Source of the DNA: Planktothrix sp. GU0601_MAG3
GTDB lineage: Bacteria; Cyanobacteriota; Cyanobacteriia; Cyanobacteriales; Microcoleaceae
Reading direction: 5' to 3'
DNA: 64,000 nt
Assembly: GCA_035193785.1 (NCBI GenBank)
Contig: CP136572.1
Coordinates: 1,472,001 to 1,536,000, forward strand
Position numbers and translations under genes: made by a program. Every line of letters starts with the position of its first letter. The first letter of the stretch is position 1. Shown here piece by piece: positions 22,529 to 34,631 of the stretch. The notes under the pieces are model-generated. The model did not search any database. It saw nothing but the letters and a program-made list of their open reading frames with translations, and was not told the origin of the DNA.

Positions 22529-25232
22529 TCAGTATTTTTCAACAGCAGGTCGAACTAAAATAACTGTACATTGACAGTTTTTAGCGATCGCTTCTGGAAT
22601 ATTACCATGAATTACTTGTCGTAACATACCCTCTCGACTTGCCCCTAAAATAATCACATCACATTGATCTTTATCCGCTAAATCAATCACCGCTTCCGAT
22701 ACGGAATTAGAACAAACATTGCTAAAAATTACCTCCGTATTTAAACGATGACTTAAATTTTCCGAATCTTGGTTAAAATCCATAATTTCCTGTGTAGAAA
22801 TCATATTTTTAACTACTCTAAAAAGACAAATTTTCGGAGAAAAACTTAACTTAATTAATGCGGGTAAAAGCTGCACAGAAACAGAATTTTCCAGGGTGTC
22901 TCTAACTGGAACTAACCAACGATGCCAAGCCGAAATTGGGCAATTATCAGGATCAGAATTAGTATTAGTTTGAGGAGCATGGGGCGTTTGATTTTGACCC
23001 CATTTTATCAACATAACTTGGCAGGGAACTAGACGAATAACCGCATCCATCACATTACCAAAAATTCGATCTGGTGCTGATATATCCCCATGCCAACCCA
23101 TTAATAATAAATCAATATGTTCCTCTTGAGTTATTTCTAAAATCGCTTGGGCGACATCATGGGCAACTCGAATTTGAGTATGAACAGAAATCTTTAAATT
23201 CTGCCCTAAGCGTTCAGCTTGTTGTAATAAACGCCGACTTTTTGTTAATCGAACCGAAGTTTCTGAAGGAGATTTACTATAGGGAATAGTAATCACTGTA
23301 ATACATTCTAATTCATAATTGCGTTCCTGGGCGATTGTTACGGCAACTTTTAATAATGCCGGGGCAGTTTGGGGGTTATATAATGATACTAATAAACGCC
23401 CATTTCCGGTTTGCGGCCCCCTAGTTTGATAGGCAATATAAGAAGATTCATAATGTCGCCCGACTTGGGTTGCTTCCCCATTAATCTGCCCTAACTCTGC
23501 CCGAATAATATCACTGCGAGTAATAATTCCCACTAAATGATGATGTTCTATAACGGGTAAACGACTGAGTTTATAATGACCCAATAAATACAAAACGTGA
23601 GTTAAATTATCATCGGGATTAACAGTAATTGGTTGGGGAGTCATTACCTGAAAAATGGGAGTATTTTCAGGTAATTGGCGACTGGTAATTTGGGTTAAAT
23701 CTGTTTGGGTAATAATTCCGACTAACTTTCCTTTATCTACTACCGGAAACCCGCGATGATGGGATTTTGCAAAGGCTTCAATCACCTGTTCCAAGGTTAA
23801 ATTACTGGTTAAAATTTCAACATTTCTTTGCATAACATTGGCGGCGCGTAACTTGCCCAATGCCCCATCAATTGGGTGATCGGATTTGAGTTCAATTCCA
23901 TTCAATTTTAATAACTGATCATAGAGAGATTCTGGATCAATTTTTTCCGCAATTAAATATGCTACAATAGAGGAAATCATCAACGGTAAAACTAACCCGA
24001 AATCCGTGGTAATTTCAAACACAATCACCACCGCCGTCATCGGTGTTCGCGCCACGGCACAAAAAAAAGCCCCCATCCCGGCAAAGGCAAAAACCATGGG
24101 TTGGTCAATTCCTAACATGAATCCCGATTCCCAGGTTTCCGACTAAATGACCTAGGGCGGAACCTAATACTAAAGAAGGGGCAAATAATCCCCCAGGGGC
24201 GCCAGAACTGGCTGCAATTATAGTTAGAATAAAATGAGCCGTAAATGCTAAAGCACTGGTTTCCCAGGTTAAGTCCCCACTTAAAATTAATTGTCGAATT
24301 CCGGTATTATTTCTAAAGGAAAGGGGCAATAATGATACGACTAAACCCGATAATAACCCAGCCACTGCCATGCGCTGAGGTAATCCCCAACGTAACACCC
24401 GGCGGTTAAATTTTGAACCCGCAATAATGCTGTGACCAAAAATTGTTCCTAAAACACCAGCTAGAATTCCTAATAGGATAAATAAAGGAATTTCTCTAGC
24501 ATAGAGTAATCGATCCTGTACGGTTTCTAATATAACCGTTTTTGTCACACTATTACTGAATTCTTGACCTCCTAATAAACGGGAAACCACCGCACCAATA
24601 AAAGAGGCAATAATCGCCGGGCCGAGGGTAATTCCTGACACATCATGCAGCAGTTCTTCTACTACAAATAATACTCCGGCGATGGGGGCATTAAATCCAG
24701 CAGCTAATCCGGCGGCGGCACCACAAGCGATTAATTGGCGACGGTAATTTGGAGAGGTGGGAACCCAACGACTAATCCAAGCGGCTAAAGCGGCACCAAT
24801 TTGAACAGTCGGCCCTTGACGTCCTAAAGTTAACCCAGAACCCATCGTAAACATCGTGCCAATAAGTTTAGCAAATGCCACTCGAAAGTCAAGGGAAATC
24901 GGTTCTCCCGCCAATGCTGCTTTCACTTGTGGAATCCCACTTCCGGCGGTTTCTGGTGCTAATCTTTCTACTAAAAAACCCGTTAATAAACCGCCAATTA
25001 ATCCCACACCTGGAAGAAATATCCAAGGAGGAATCGCGGAATTTAAGGATGTGGAAATTCGCCAAGAACCTAACCAACCCGCACCTTCTTTTAATAGAAA
25101 TGCCGCTAAACCGGACACCAAGCCAATTAAACCCGCTTCAATAATGGCAAAACGTTTCGGGGTCGTGGGTGATAAAATTTTGGAGAACAGAACTGAAACT
25201 TCTCTGGGGATAGAGATAGAGATGCGCCACAT
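22529..25232 (-). CDS. ClC chloride channel with CBS pair and USP domains (frame break at 24135)
   Basis: GSGIP, GRQGP, GLFAP ClC signatures; two CBS domains; C-terminal USP-like domains. Confidence 0.92.
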
Positions 25233-25410
25233 AATCAGTTATCAGTAAACAGTCATCAGTTATCAGTGTAAGAGGTATAGCGAGGGAAAAGGGAATAGGG
25301 AACAGGGAACAGGGAACAGGGAACAGGGAAAGAGTTGATTGTTAATATTTGTGGGCTGAAAACATTTAACTGTAAACTTCTTAACTGATAACTGTTAACT
25401 GTTAACTGAT
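25232..25410. repeat. Composite repeat: heptamer-flanked core interrupted by a (GGGAAYA)n insert
   Basis: Core CAGTGTAAGAGTTGATTGTTAATATTTGTGGGCT is split at AAGAG; an intact copy lies at 26968-27001. Confidence 0.8.
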
Positions 25411-26920
25411 GACTGATTTAACGACCTGTTGGATTACATCATCAATGGTTAAATTGTCCGTTTGAATTTCAATTGCATCGCTGGCTTTTCTCAAGGGTGA
25501 AATAGCTCGATTACTGTCAAACCGATCCCGCTCGGCAATATCCTGTTCTAATTGTTCCTGAGTAATTTCCGTTTTCCCTTGGCCATGGAGTTCTAATAAT
25601 CTCCGTTTTGCCCGTTCTTGTACAGATGCAGTTAGGAAAATTTTTAATTCGGCATCGGGGAATACCGTTGTGCCAATGTCCCGACCTTCGGCCACAATTC
25701 CACCTTGATTCCCAAACGCCCGTTGCTGTTTAACTAAAGCCTGACGCACGGCCCATTGAGCCGCGATCGCCGATACCTGGGCCGTCACTTCCAAGGAGCG
25801 AATGGCTTCAGTCACATCCTGACCATTAATCAGGGTTTCTGGGTTGTTCTCCGTCGGGGATCAATTCAATCCGACATTGACTGACAATTTCAGCTATAGC
25901 AACTTCATCCTCAACCGGAATTCCAGACTGTAACACCAACCAGGTCACGGCCCGATACATCGCCCCAGTATCTAAATATAACAATCCCAACGCCTGGGCA
26001 ATTTTGCGGGTAACGGTAGATTTTCCGGCTCCGGCGGGGCCATCAATGGCGATAATCGGTTGACGACGGCGCAGAATCACATTATCAATTAAACGAGTCT
26101 GACCCACACGAGCAGCGATCGCTAATAACCCCTTAGTTTCAACAATAGTTAAGGGGATTAACGTCTGGGGTTCCACGATCTCAATATATTCTACCTGTAC
26201 CTCCGGTTCCGTCTCCAATTCAGTTTGGACAAAGGTTTTAATCTCCGTCGCGGAATTACAACCTTTGTGAAAATGTTCTTGTCCGCGACGTAGAGCCCGA
26301 TATAAAACCGTTGCTTGTTGTTGTTCTAAAGTCGTTAAATATTGATTCCGAGAACTATAGGCCAATCCCGACGGCTCCCGCAGAATCGGACAGGAAATAA
26401 TCTCCACGGGCAAGTTCAAATCCTGAACCAGACCTTGAATAATTGCCACCTGTTGGGCATCTTTTTGTCCAAAATAGGCCCGATCCGGTTGAACTAAATT
26501 CAATAGTTTTGTCACAACGGTCGCCACCCCTGGAAAATGTCCGGGGCGAGATTTCCCGCATAATCCTGACATGATTGATGTAGGGGGAATCACCATCGTC
26601 TGTACCGAAGATTGATACATCTCCTCCACTGACGGGGCAAATACCACATCAACTCCAGCCTGTTCACACTGCTGCAAATCCGCTTCTAACCGCCGAGGAT
26701 AGGTTTGGAAATCCTCATTTGGCCCAAATTGCAGAGGATTCACAAAAATACTCACCACCACCAAACCATTCTCGGCTCTAGCCCGTTGAATTAAGCTCAA
26801 ATGCCCCAAATGTAGGCCCCCCATTGTGGGAACTAGACCCACAAAATGTAGGGGGTTTTGAGTTCGATAGGAACGAAGATAACACCGCAGGGCAGCAACG
26901 CTAGTCAACAAACGAATCAT
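25402..26920 (-). CDS. panC/cmk: Bifunctional pantoate-beta-alanine ligase / cytidylate kinase (frame break at 25835)
   Basis: [42 protein letters not shown]. Confidence 0.95.
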
Positions 26921-26921
26921 A

Positions 26922-27129
26922 AATCAGTTATCAGTTAACAGTTATCAGTTATCAGTGTAAGAGTTATCAGTGTAAGAGTTGATTGTTAATATTTGTGGGC
27001 TAAAAATTGTTAACTGATGACCGATGACTGTTAACTAAAAACTGTTAACTGATGACTAAAAACTGTTAACTGTTAACTGATGACTGTTAACTGATGACTG
27101 TTAACTGATGACTGTTAACTGATGACTGA
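26922..27129. repeat. Inverted heptamer arrays (ATCAGTT)n...(AACTGAT/GACTGTT)n around a conserved core
   Basis: Directly visible; related copies at 25232, 38901 (inverted), 52922 and 62643. Confidence 0.85.
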
Positions 27130-28146
27130 TTACTGATCAGCAGTTAATACATCAATTTGCACCGGGGCCACTCCACTGCCAATCATCCCAATTGCTTGAG
27201 CCGCACCCTTCGATAAATCGAGTACACGACCTCCGGCATAGGGGCCACGATCATTAATCCGCACCACAACGGATTGGCCGTTATCTTTATTAGTGACTCG
27301 CACCGTTGTCCCAAAGGGCAAGGAGGGATGGGCGGCGGTTAAATCGTATTGGTTAAAGGTTTCTCCATTGGCCGTTAAGTTTCCATCAAAGCCAGGGCCA
27401 TACCAAGATGCCCAACCCTCAATCCGTTGGAACAAAAATCCCCTTGCCACGTCTGGAATTGAAAGTTTGGGTTGGCCTTCAATGGCATTTAAGGGGGGAG
27501 CATTCCCAATTTGGCGTCTAAGTCTATTCGTGGCTTGTAGGGCATCCGTTGCTTTGTCATTGGTGGTATCAGGCAGAATCGTTTGCGAGTCGATGCTGAC
27601 CAGTTCCTGACCGGCTGCTTCAATCAGGTAACGCTGATGTTGTTGATCCCATCGCACTTGAATTGTGCTGGCATCAAAGTTATTGCGAATCAGTTGGTTA
27701 ATTTCGGCGGCAACCGCAGTGGCCCGAGAAACGGGATCGGTGGCAGAAGATGTTGGGTCGGGTAGGTAGGCTTGATTTGAATACGACCCCACTTTAATGC
27801 GTTGAAGGGTTGGGGGTGTGATGGTTTTGGGATCGAAACTCGTGTTTTTGATAAACGTCAGGACGGGAATATTTCTAATATAGAGGGTGGCAGCTTGTTG
27901 TTGATTCAGTTCGTGGGCCTTGATTTTGGCTACGCTTTCGGGTAAGAAGGCTGCATTAGCTTGTTGGGATTGATATTCTCCCACTTTAATTACATCAGTG
28001 GTTCCAGAACCCGTGGGACTTTTTCCTTGACTAAGTTCAGGATTCAGGTTAGACGCTGATATTGATTCAGCATGGCCCGAGGAGGTTAGGCTCAAAACAG
28101 GCATCAGAATAACTGCCGTCAGACCGCCCCAAAGTTTATGTTTCAT
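27130..28146 (-). CDS. rlpA: Septal ring lytic transglycosylase RlpA-family protein
   Basis: [38 protein letters not shown]. Confidence 0.9.
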   Translation of the reverse strand: MKHKLWGGLTAVILMPVLSLTSSGHAESISASNLNPELSQGKSPTGSGTTDVIKVGEYQSQQANAAFLPESVAKIKAHELNQQQAATLYIRNIPVLTFIKNTSFDPKTITPPTLQRIKVGSYSNQAYLPDPTSSATDPVSRATAVAAEINQLIRNNFDASTIQVRWDQQHQRYLIEAAGQELVSIDSQTILPDTTNDKATDALQATNRLRRQIGNAPPLNAIEGQPKLSIPDVARGFLFQRIEGWASWYGPGFDGNLTANGETFNQYDLTAAHPSLPFGTTVRVTNKDNGQSVVVRINDRGPYAGGRVLDLSKGAAQAIGMIGSGVAPVQIDVLTADQ

Positions 28147-28614
28147 AAAATATACTCTCAAAACTGCTGGTTATCGAGTTGAAGCTTTACCCTGGTTGAT
28201 ATCTCCTGAATTCGGAGCCCTGAAATCAGCTAATAAAAAAATGCTGAAAGTTTCAATCGGTGGGTTTTAAACCCCAATATCAGGTAATTCAATTCGTCAA
28301 CTCACACTTGTGCCCCATTCACCTTTTTTTGAGGAACTGCAACAGACTAACATGAACTTGGAATTTTGGGGATCACGACAGATCAAGGGTTTGCGGGTTT
28401 TCTCAAGAGACTAAACTGTTCAGTTTTAATGTATAACCCTGATCGATTAAAGGATGTAGAGATTCTGGGGCTATGAAAATTTTCTCCCTCAAGTTTTGAT
28501 TAAACTTTCTTATCAGTTGAATCAATAGCCTGCCGATGGGCACCACGAGAACAAAAAATAACCGTACCGAAAATTGCTTAAATATCCTTTAGATAGCTAT
28601 AAGGAAAGCAAAAG

Positions 28615-29647
28615 ATGGATTATCGGGAAGCTGGTGTTGATATTCAAGCGGGTCGGGATTTTGTCGATCAGATTCGCAACCTCGTCCAGAAAACCTATCG
28701 ACCGGAAGTTCTCGGGGGACTCGGGGGGTTTGGGGGCTGTTTTGCCCTGCCTTCGGGCTATACCGAACCCGTCTTAGTGTCGGGAACCGATGGGGTGGGA
28801 ACCAAGTTGAAATTGGCTTCGCTCCTCAACCGCCACGATACCGTGGGGATTGATTTAGTTGCCATGTGTGTGAATGATGTTCTCACCTGTGGGGCGGAAA
28901 CCCTTATTTTTTCTCGACTATTTAGCCACGGGAAAACTTGATCCCGACCAACTGACTCAAGTGGTGGCAGGGGTAGCCCAAGGGTGTCAACAGGCCGGAT
29001 GTAGCCTTCTGGGGGGAGAAACAGCCGAAATGCCCGGATTTTATCAACCCGGGGAATATGACATGGCGGGTTTTTGTGTGGGCATTGTGGAAAAAAGCCG
29101 AATGTTAAATGGATCTCAAGTCCAAATTGGGGATATTGCTATTGGACTAGCCAGTAGCGGGGTGCATAGTAATGGGTTTAGTTTAGTTCGCAAAGTGGTG
29201 AGCGATCGCGGATGGGACTGGAATCAATCCCCGCAAGCCCTGGGGGGTCAATCCATTGCCGAGGTCTGTTTAACCCCAACTCAAATCTACGTTAAACCCG
29301 TGTTACAGGCCCTGGGCAATGGCCTAGAGATTCATGGCATGGCCCATATTACCGGAGGCGGTTTACCGGAAAACTTACCGCGCTGTCTGAGTCCGGGACA
29401 ATCAATTCAGATTCATCCCCAGAGTTGGCCGGTGCCACCAATTTTTCACTGGTTAGCTCAAGAGGGTGAAATTAGCTCTGCGGCGATGTTTGATACTTTT
29501 AATATGGGGATCGGTTTTGTGGTTTTGGTTGCGCCCCAACAGGCTCAAAGTACAAAAGAATGGTTTGAAACCCAAGGAATTGCCGCCTATGAGATTGGGG
29601 AAGTGGTGTCAGGAACGGGGGGTTTAATCGGATTACCCGCCCATTAA
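28615..29647 (+). CDS. purM: AIR synthase (frame break at 28897)
   Basis: [46 protein letters not shown]. Confidence 0.96.
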
Positions 29648-29708
29648 TTGATACAATAAAATCCTATTGTTCAATTGTTAAATTCCATCCCCTAATTAAT
29701 TACCCATA

Positions 29709-30542
29709 ATGTCAGTTGCATGGCAAATTGCCAAAACCTACGAAGATATTTTGTATCACAAAGCCGACGGGATCGCTAAAATTACGATTAACCGCCCTGA
29801 AAAACGCAATGCTTTTCGCCCTAAAACGGTTTTTGAACTCTACGATGCCTTTTGTGATGCCCGAGAAGACCTTAATATTGGTGTGGTATTGTTGACAGGA
29901 GCCGGGCCACATACCGATGGCAAATATGCCTTTTGTTCCGGCGGGGATCAAAGCGTGCGCGGGGATGCCGGATATATTGATGATGCGGGTATCCCTCGAT
30001 TAAACGTTTTAGATTTACAACGGTTAATCCGAAGTATGCCGAAAGTAGTGATTGCTTTGGTGGCAGGATATGCGATCGGGGGCGGTCATGTACTGCATTT
30101 AATTTGTGATTTAACCCTGGCTGCGGATAATGCAATTTTTGGTCAAACCGGGCCGAAGGTCGGCAGTTTTGATGGGGGATTTGGCGCCAGTTATTTAGCT
30201 CGAATTGTCGGTCAAAAGAAAGCCCGAGAGATTTGGTATTTGTGTCGTCAATATAATGCCCAACAAGCCCTAGATATGGGGTTAATTAATCATGTTGTTC
30301 CCGTCGAACAATTGGAATTAGAAGGAATTGAATGGGCTAAGGAAATTTTAGAGAAAAGCCCGATTGCGATTCGCTGTTTAAAAGCGGCTTTTAATGCCGA
30401 TTGTGATGGTCAAGCCGGTCTACAGGAACTCGCCGGGAATGCCACCTTACTCTATTACATGACTGAGGAAGGGACGGAGGGGAAACAGGCATTCTTGGAG
30501 AAACGGCCCCCTAATTTCCGTCAATATCCCTGGCTTCCTTAG
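29709..30542 (+). CDS. menB: 1,4-dihydroxy-2-naphthoyl-CoA synthase
   Basis: [28 protein letters not shown]. Confidence 0.97.
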   Translation: MSVAWQIAKTYEDILYHKADGIAKITINRPEKRNAFRPKTVFELYDAFCDAREDLNIGVVLLTGAGPHTDGKYAFCSGGDQSVRGDAGYIDDAGIPRLNVLDLQRLIRSMPKVVIALVAGYAIGGGHVLHLICDLTLAADNAIFGQTGPKVGSFDGGFGASYLARIVGQKKAREIWYLCRQYNAQQALDMGLINHVVPVEQLELEGIEWAKEILEKSPIAIRCLKAAFNADCDGQAGLQELAGNATLLYYMTEEGTEGKQAFLEKRPPNFRQYPWLP

Positions 30543-30595
30543 TCAAGGGAATCATTTTTGCGGGGACTAGGAACTCCTAGCCCCCAATTTTTCAA

Positions 30596-30866
30596 TTAAG
30601 CGAATAAAGATTCGGCTTCCTGTAGCTCTTGAAACCCGATGGGATTGTAATGGGATCACATCCCCCTTGCGAGGCGTTTCTTGGGGTAAGTTGATCAGGT
30701 TTTCTAAGGTCTCCCAAGATGGAGCAAAGGCGGGAAGGGCCAATTGACAAGACTTCCAACTGCCTTTGACTGAAACTTGAAGAAGCTGACAATGCCCCCC
30801 ACGATGGCCCTCGGGGGTGTATTTTTGGCAGTTACGGCAGACAGATATCAAGTTTCCAGACTCCAT
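30596..30866 (-). CDS. Small hypothetical protein with four Cys (probable frame break at 30631)
   Basis: CRNC.KY.PEG.RGG.C......KGSWKSC..A.P.FAPSWE; the corrected frame ends QEAESLFA*. Confidence 0.6.
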
Positions 30867-31139
30867 ACTTTAAATTCCCCAAGAAAATTACCTACTTATA
30901 ATTATCGGGGATCATCAAATTCAGCTTTTTTATCGTCAAACTTAGATTATGTATGGTTTAGAGTTGAATTTTTATGGTCGGAAAACTTAACACTTATTTT
31001 ATGTTTTGTTGGAAATCAGATTCAAAATATTAAGAACTGTAAACTTGATAGACTTTACCCGAAACAAAGTAAAATCTATAGGGATCAAGGCTTAATTTAG
31101 ATTAAGGGATTGATAAACTCAGTATAAATTCATTTTAAA

Positions 31140-31300
31140 GGGAATAGGGAATAGGGAATAGGGAATAGGGAATAGGGAATAGGGAATAGGGAATAGGGAA
31201 TACTTCGACTTCGCTCAGTAACAGGGGAATGGGGAATAGTAAGTTATGGGCAGGTTACAAGGTTTAGTATTGTCAAACGCCTTAATTAGCAGCACGATAT
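31140..31300. mobile_element. (GGGAATA)n array plus MITE-like body
   Basis: Body TACTTCGACTTCGCTCAGTA...GCAGGTTACAAGGTTTAGTATT.TCAAA..CCTTAATT shared with 45498-45688 and, in part and inverted, 41905-41985. Confidence 0.75.
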
Positions 31301-31457
31301 ACCACATCAAAATCAATGTGCAACAGTACCAGATAGGTAAGTTCAAGGGCAAGAAAGCCATATCAGCAAAACTCTGCAAGCATCAATATGGTAAATACCA
31401 CACCGATTCCCAACTTTAGTTGTGGAGTTATGGGGAGTTATGGGGAGTATGTCAATA

Positions 31458-31529
31458 AGCGGACGATGGGACTCGAACCCACGACGTTCAGCATGGGAAG
31501 CTGACATTCTACCACTGAATTACGTCCGC
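31458..31529 (-). tRNA. tRNA-Gly(CCC)
   Basis: GCGGACG acceptor stem, anticodon arm TCAGC-TTCCCAT-GCTGA, GGTTCGAGTCC T arm; 72 nt, CCA not encoded. Confidence 0.96.
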
Positions 31530-31779
31530 GACTGGGTTTTGATTTCAAATCATATTCCATTATAACCTAATTTTCCCAATTTTCCATCCCGTTCTGTAAA
31601 ACTTATATGAAATCATTAAATTAGTGCTACGGATGGTAAGGTAACAGGGAACACCGGATCTGGGAACAGGGATAATTATTGTTTTTTAGCTATTATTTTA
31701 TAACTAGCCATTGATTTTTCTCAATAAACAAGACTACCACTACCCTCCTGGCGATCGCAAGACCTAACAGAAAAGTTTA

Positions 31780-34309
31780 GTAGGGGTCGAGGGGGGCTTT
31801 GCAACCCCCGACTCCCATACAAAACCGTGCTTGCGACTTTCACCGCACACGGCTCCTAGTCAGTTGTGCTGTTATCATCAGAACATCCGGTTTCTTTTGA
31901 GTCATAAGACCCGTCTGTTGCCGTTTTAGTATCGTGACAATGGCGGTGTAGTAATTGCAGGTTTTTATAATCATTCTTTCCACCTTTCGATGTAGGGATG
32001 ATATGGTCGATTTCTGCAATATCTTCTGTGTTGAAATATTGACCACAGAAGGTACACTTACCTTTCTGTTTTTTAAGTAGAAAAGCTACTTTGTTGGGTA
32101 CATCAAAAGATGTACCTTTTCGCGTACTCCAATATGTCCAGTTTCCGTCATAAGGTGATGCTTCAGATCTTATCGTTACATGGCGGGTGATAGGTGTTTC
32201 AGCGTGGGTTGTTAGTCTAAAACCATCTTTGGTTTCAAAACTCCATGCTTTATTACCATTATTTCTGAAATACTTTTTCAGTTTCCCGTAACTTGCTTTA
32301 CCGCATCTGTTGACTGTCCATGCTCTTAATCTTTGCCATGTTATGTAGTCTAGTGAGGAGTATGTTTCTTTGGAAACAACTTTGGAATGGTAGTTACACC
32401 ATCCTCTAATTACAGGGTTTAGGTGTTTGATTAATGCGTATTGGGGTGCAGTTTTGTGGGTTTTAATCACTGCCTTCACCTTATCCGCGTGAGCTTTAAT
32501 TGCCTTCTTACTAGGTTTTATTAGGGTTTTGAATCCTAATAGTTTTGAATTTTTACCTCCTGTTTTCCCCGAATGATGTTTACCAACAGGATATTGTCGG
32601 AAGTTCCAACCTAGAAAGTCGAATCCTGGTGATACCTTTTTGCCATTTACTTCGATTTCTTTCAGTGTGTGGCATATACGGGTTTTAGCTGGTTTCAGTT
32701 CTAACCTTATAGGTTTTAACCATTCTTCGATGGCAATTTGGCACTGTTGTATGATTTCTAATTGTGGACTAATGACCACGAAATCATCGGCGTATCTGAT
32801 GACTTTGGCTTGAACGTATCCTCCCTTTTTGGGGAATTTGTTATCAATAAGCCTAATCATTCCATCCAGTGCGATGTTTGCAAGTAAGGGACTGATGACT
32901 CCTCCTTGTGGAGTGCCTGCCTCTGTTGCGTTAAATATGCCGTTGTCCATAACTCCAGCTTTTAACCATTGTCTGATTTGAGCTTTAATTGTTGATGGAC
33001 AATCAATTTTGGACAGTAGGTAATCATGATTAATCTGATCGAAACACTTTGAGATGTCAGCATCTAAGATGAAATATTCACCTTTATTGATGCTTTGGAA
33101 GATTCTTGACATTGCGTCGTGGGCAGAGCGTCCAGGTCTGAAACCCGTAACTTTCACCCTCGAATCTGGCCTCCCATTGTGGTTCTAACGCCGATTTAAC
33201 CAAGGCTTGCCTTACTCTGTCGTTTATAGTTGGGATTCCTAGAGGTCTTTCCTCCACGTTGGATTTGGGTATCCATTTCCTTCTGAGTGGTTTAGCCTTT
33301 TGGTATTTACTAAGACTTTCAACAAGTTCTAATCGTTGTTTGGGTGTGATGGATTTAACTCCGTCTACCCCTGCGGTTTTCTTGCCTTGGTTGTCTTGCG
33401 TAACCCTTCTAACTGCTAAGAGTTTGGCGTAATATGACTTAACTAGAAGTTTTTGGAGCTTCCGAGATGCGGCATTTTGTCCCGATAATGATGCCTGGTA
33501 AATTCGCTTTTGCAGCTTGAATACTTTTCGTTGAACTTTCGCCCAATTTATAGTTTTCCATGCTTCCGTAGTCTTGGTTATACTCGTTTTCACCGTTTGT
33601 ACTGCTAATGGAGACTTTACCTAACAACTAGACCGGAATCTATCGGCATATCCTAAACATTACATCTAGGCATTAGCTTTTGACTCCATCTCTCGCCCTC
33701 ATAACATACGTCTTAGATTTGTGACTACCTGACAGTGTTCGACCTCTGTAGGAGTTAATGAGGGGTTTTAACGTTCCTTGAAAGTGGGTTTATTGCCTTT
33801 AGAATCATCCTATCTGCCGGGGTACTTTCGGAAGTCTTAGTAAGTGTTCTGGATAGAACCTTACCTTTTATAGAAGTGTATAAAAACTTCTATCTTTTCC
33901 CCTTGTTCTTTTTGAACGCAGCGTAATCAAGTCATTTTCGCTACACAATTCTCACGACAGTTTCAAGCCGGATGTTCACTTTCGTTAATCATGGGCAATT
34001 GGCTAGAGAACTTCTTAGGCATTTGACTTATACCCGATTTCCCGTTATTCCCAGCTTCAACGTTTTGATAATCAATCTGGCGTTGTGGGAATTGCCGAAT
34101 CTCTTTGGTTGGGCTACCGTACTTTTAACGTTCGGTAAGCCGCACCATTGACTCCGAGATTGACCTTCCTTTAAGGTCACATTTTCAAAGTTAAGACAGG
34201 CTTGACTGGGTTTATTAGTGGATTTAACTCCATTTACCAATTGTCTGAACCTGTCTCCCTGCTTACGTTTCGGGGTTTAACCCTAGACTTTGGCAGGAAC
34301 GTCTCGCAC
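31780..34309 (-). mobile_element. Group II intron, 2530 nt, probably chloroplast-like class IIB
   Basis: 5' GTGCG at 34309; domain V GAGCCGTGTGCGGTGAAAGTCGCAAGCACGGTTT directly after the ORF; domain VI hairpin ending CCCCTAC at 31780. Confidence 0.93.
31856..33593 (-). CDS. ltrA: Group II intron-encoded RT/maturase/HNH endonuclease (frame break at 33140)
   Basis: RT-0 KTAGVDG, RPLGIP, SYGFRPGRS, GTPQGGVISPLLANI, RYADD, FLG, NPVIRGW, CxxC and EIDHIIP..GG..NL.LLH..CH. Confidence 0.95.
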
Positions 34310-34560
34310 TTATCCCTGAATTGTAACGCCGTCGAAAACCTCACTCTTATTACCCTAGAGAAACTGATCCTCCAACCCTCGGGTTGTCCTACCCCTTTTG
34401 ATTTGCCGATTTCAGTGTTCTTGGTTCGAGAATCGATTAATCAAATCATTAATATAATTCAATCAAATCTAAGCTAAATAGCTTGACTGGTAGGGGTTTT
34501 ACAGAATTGTTTGATCCGAGTTAATTATATTGCTAAAATTATATGTAATACTATAAAAAT

Positions 34561-34576
34561 ATAGACTTATATCTAT
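34561..34576. promoter_or_regulatory. Putative NdhR/CcmR autoregulatory site ATAG-N8-CTAT
   Basis: ATAG-ACTTATAT-CTAT, 55 nt upstream of the LysR start codon. Confidence 0.65.
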
Positions 34577-34631
34577 AACAAAAATCACGAAGACCATCAA
34601 ATATTAGGTAAAAGGGGGATATAGAATTTTG

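Noticed and set aside
31300..31457. Integrated element at the tRNA-Gly 3' end
   Set aside because: No integrase and no duplicated tRNA 3' end in the window; only a short GGAGTTATGG repeat
31856..33593. Retron, DGR or defence-type reverse transcriptase
   Set aside because: RT-0, X and HNH domains plus the GTGCG 5' end and domain V/VI identify a group II intron
34028..34477. ORFs 34028-34240 (-) and 34202-34477 (+)
   Set aside because: They overlap intron domain I RNA; the + frame hits a TAA a few codons upstream when the exons are rejoined
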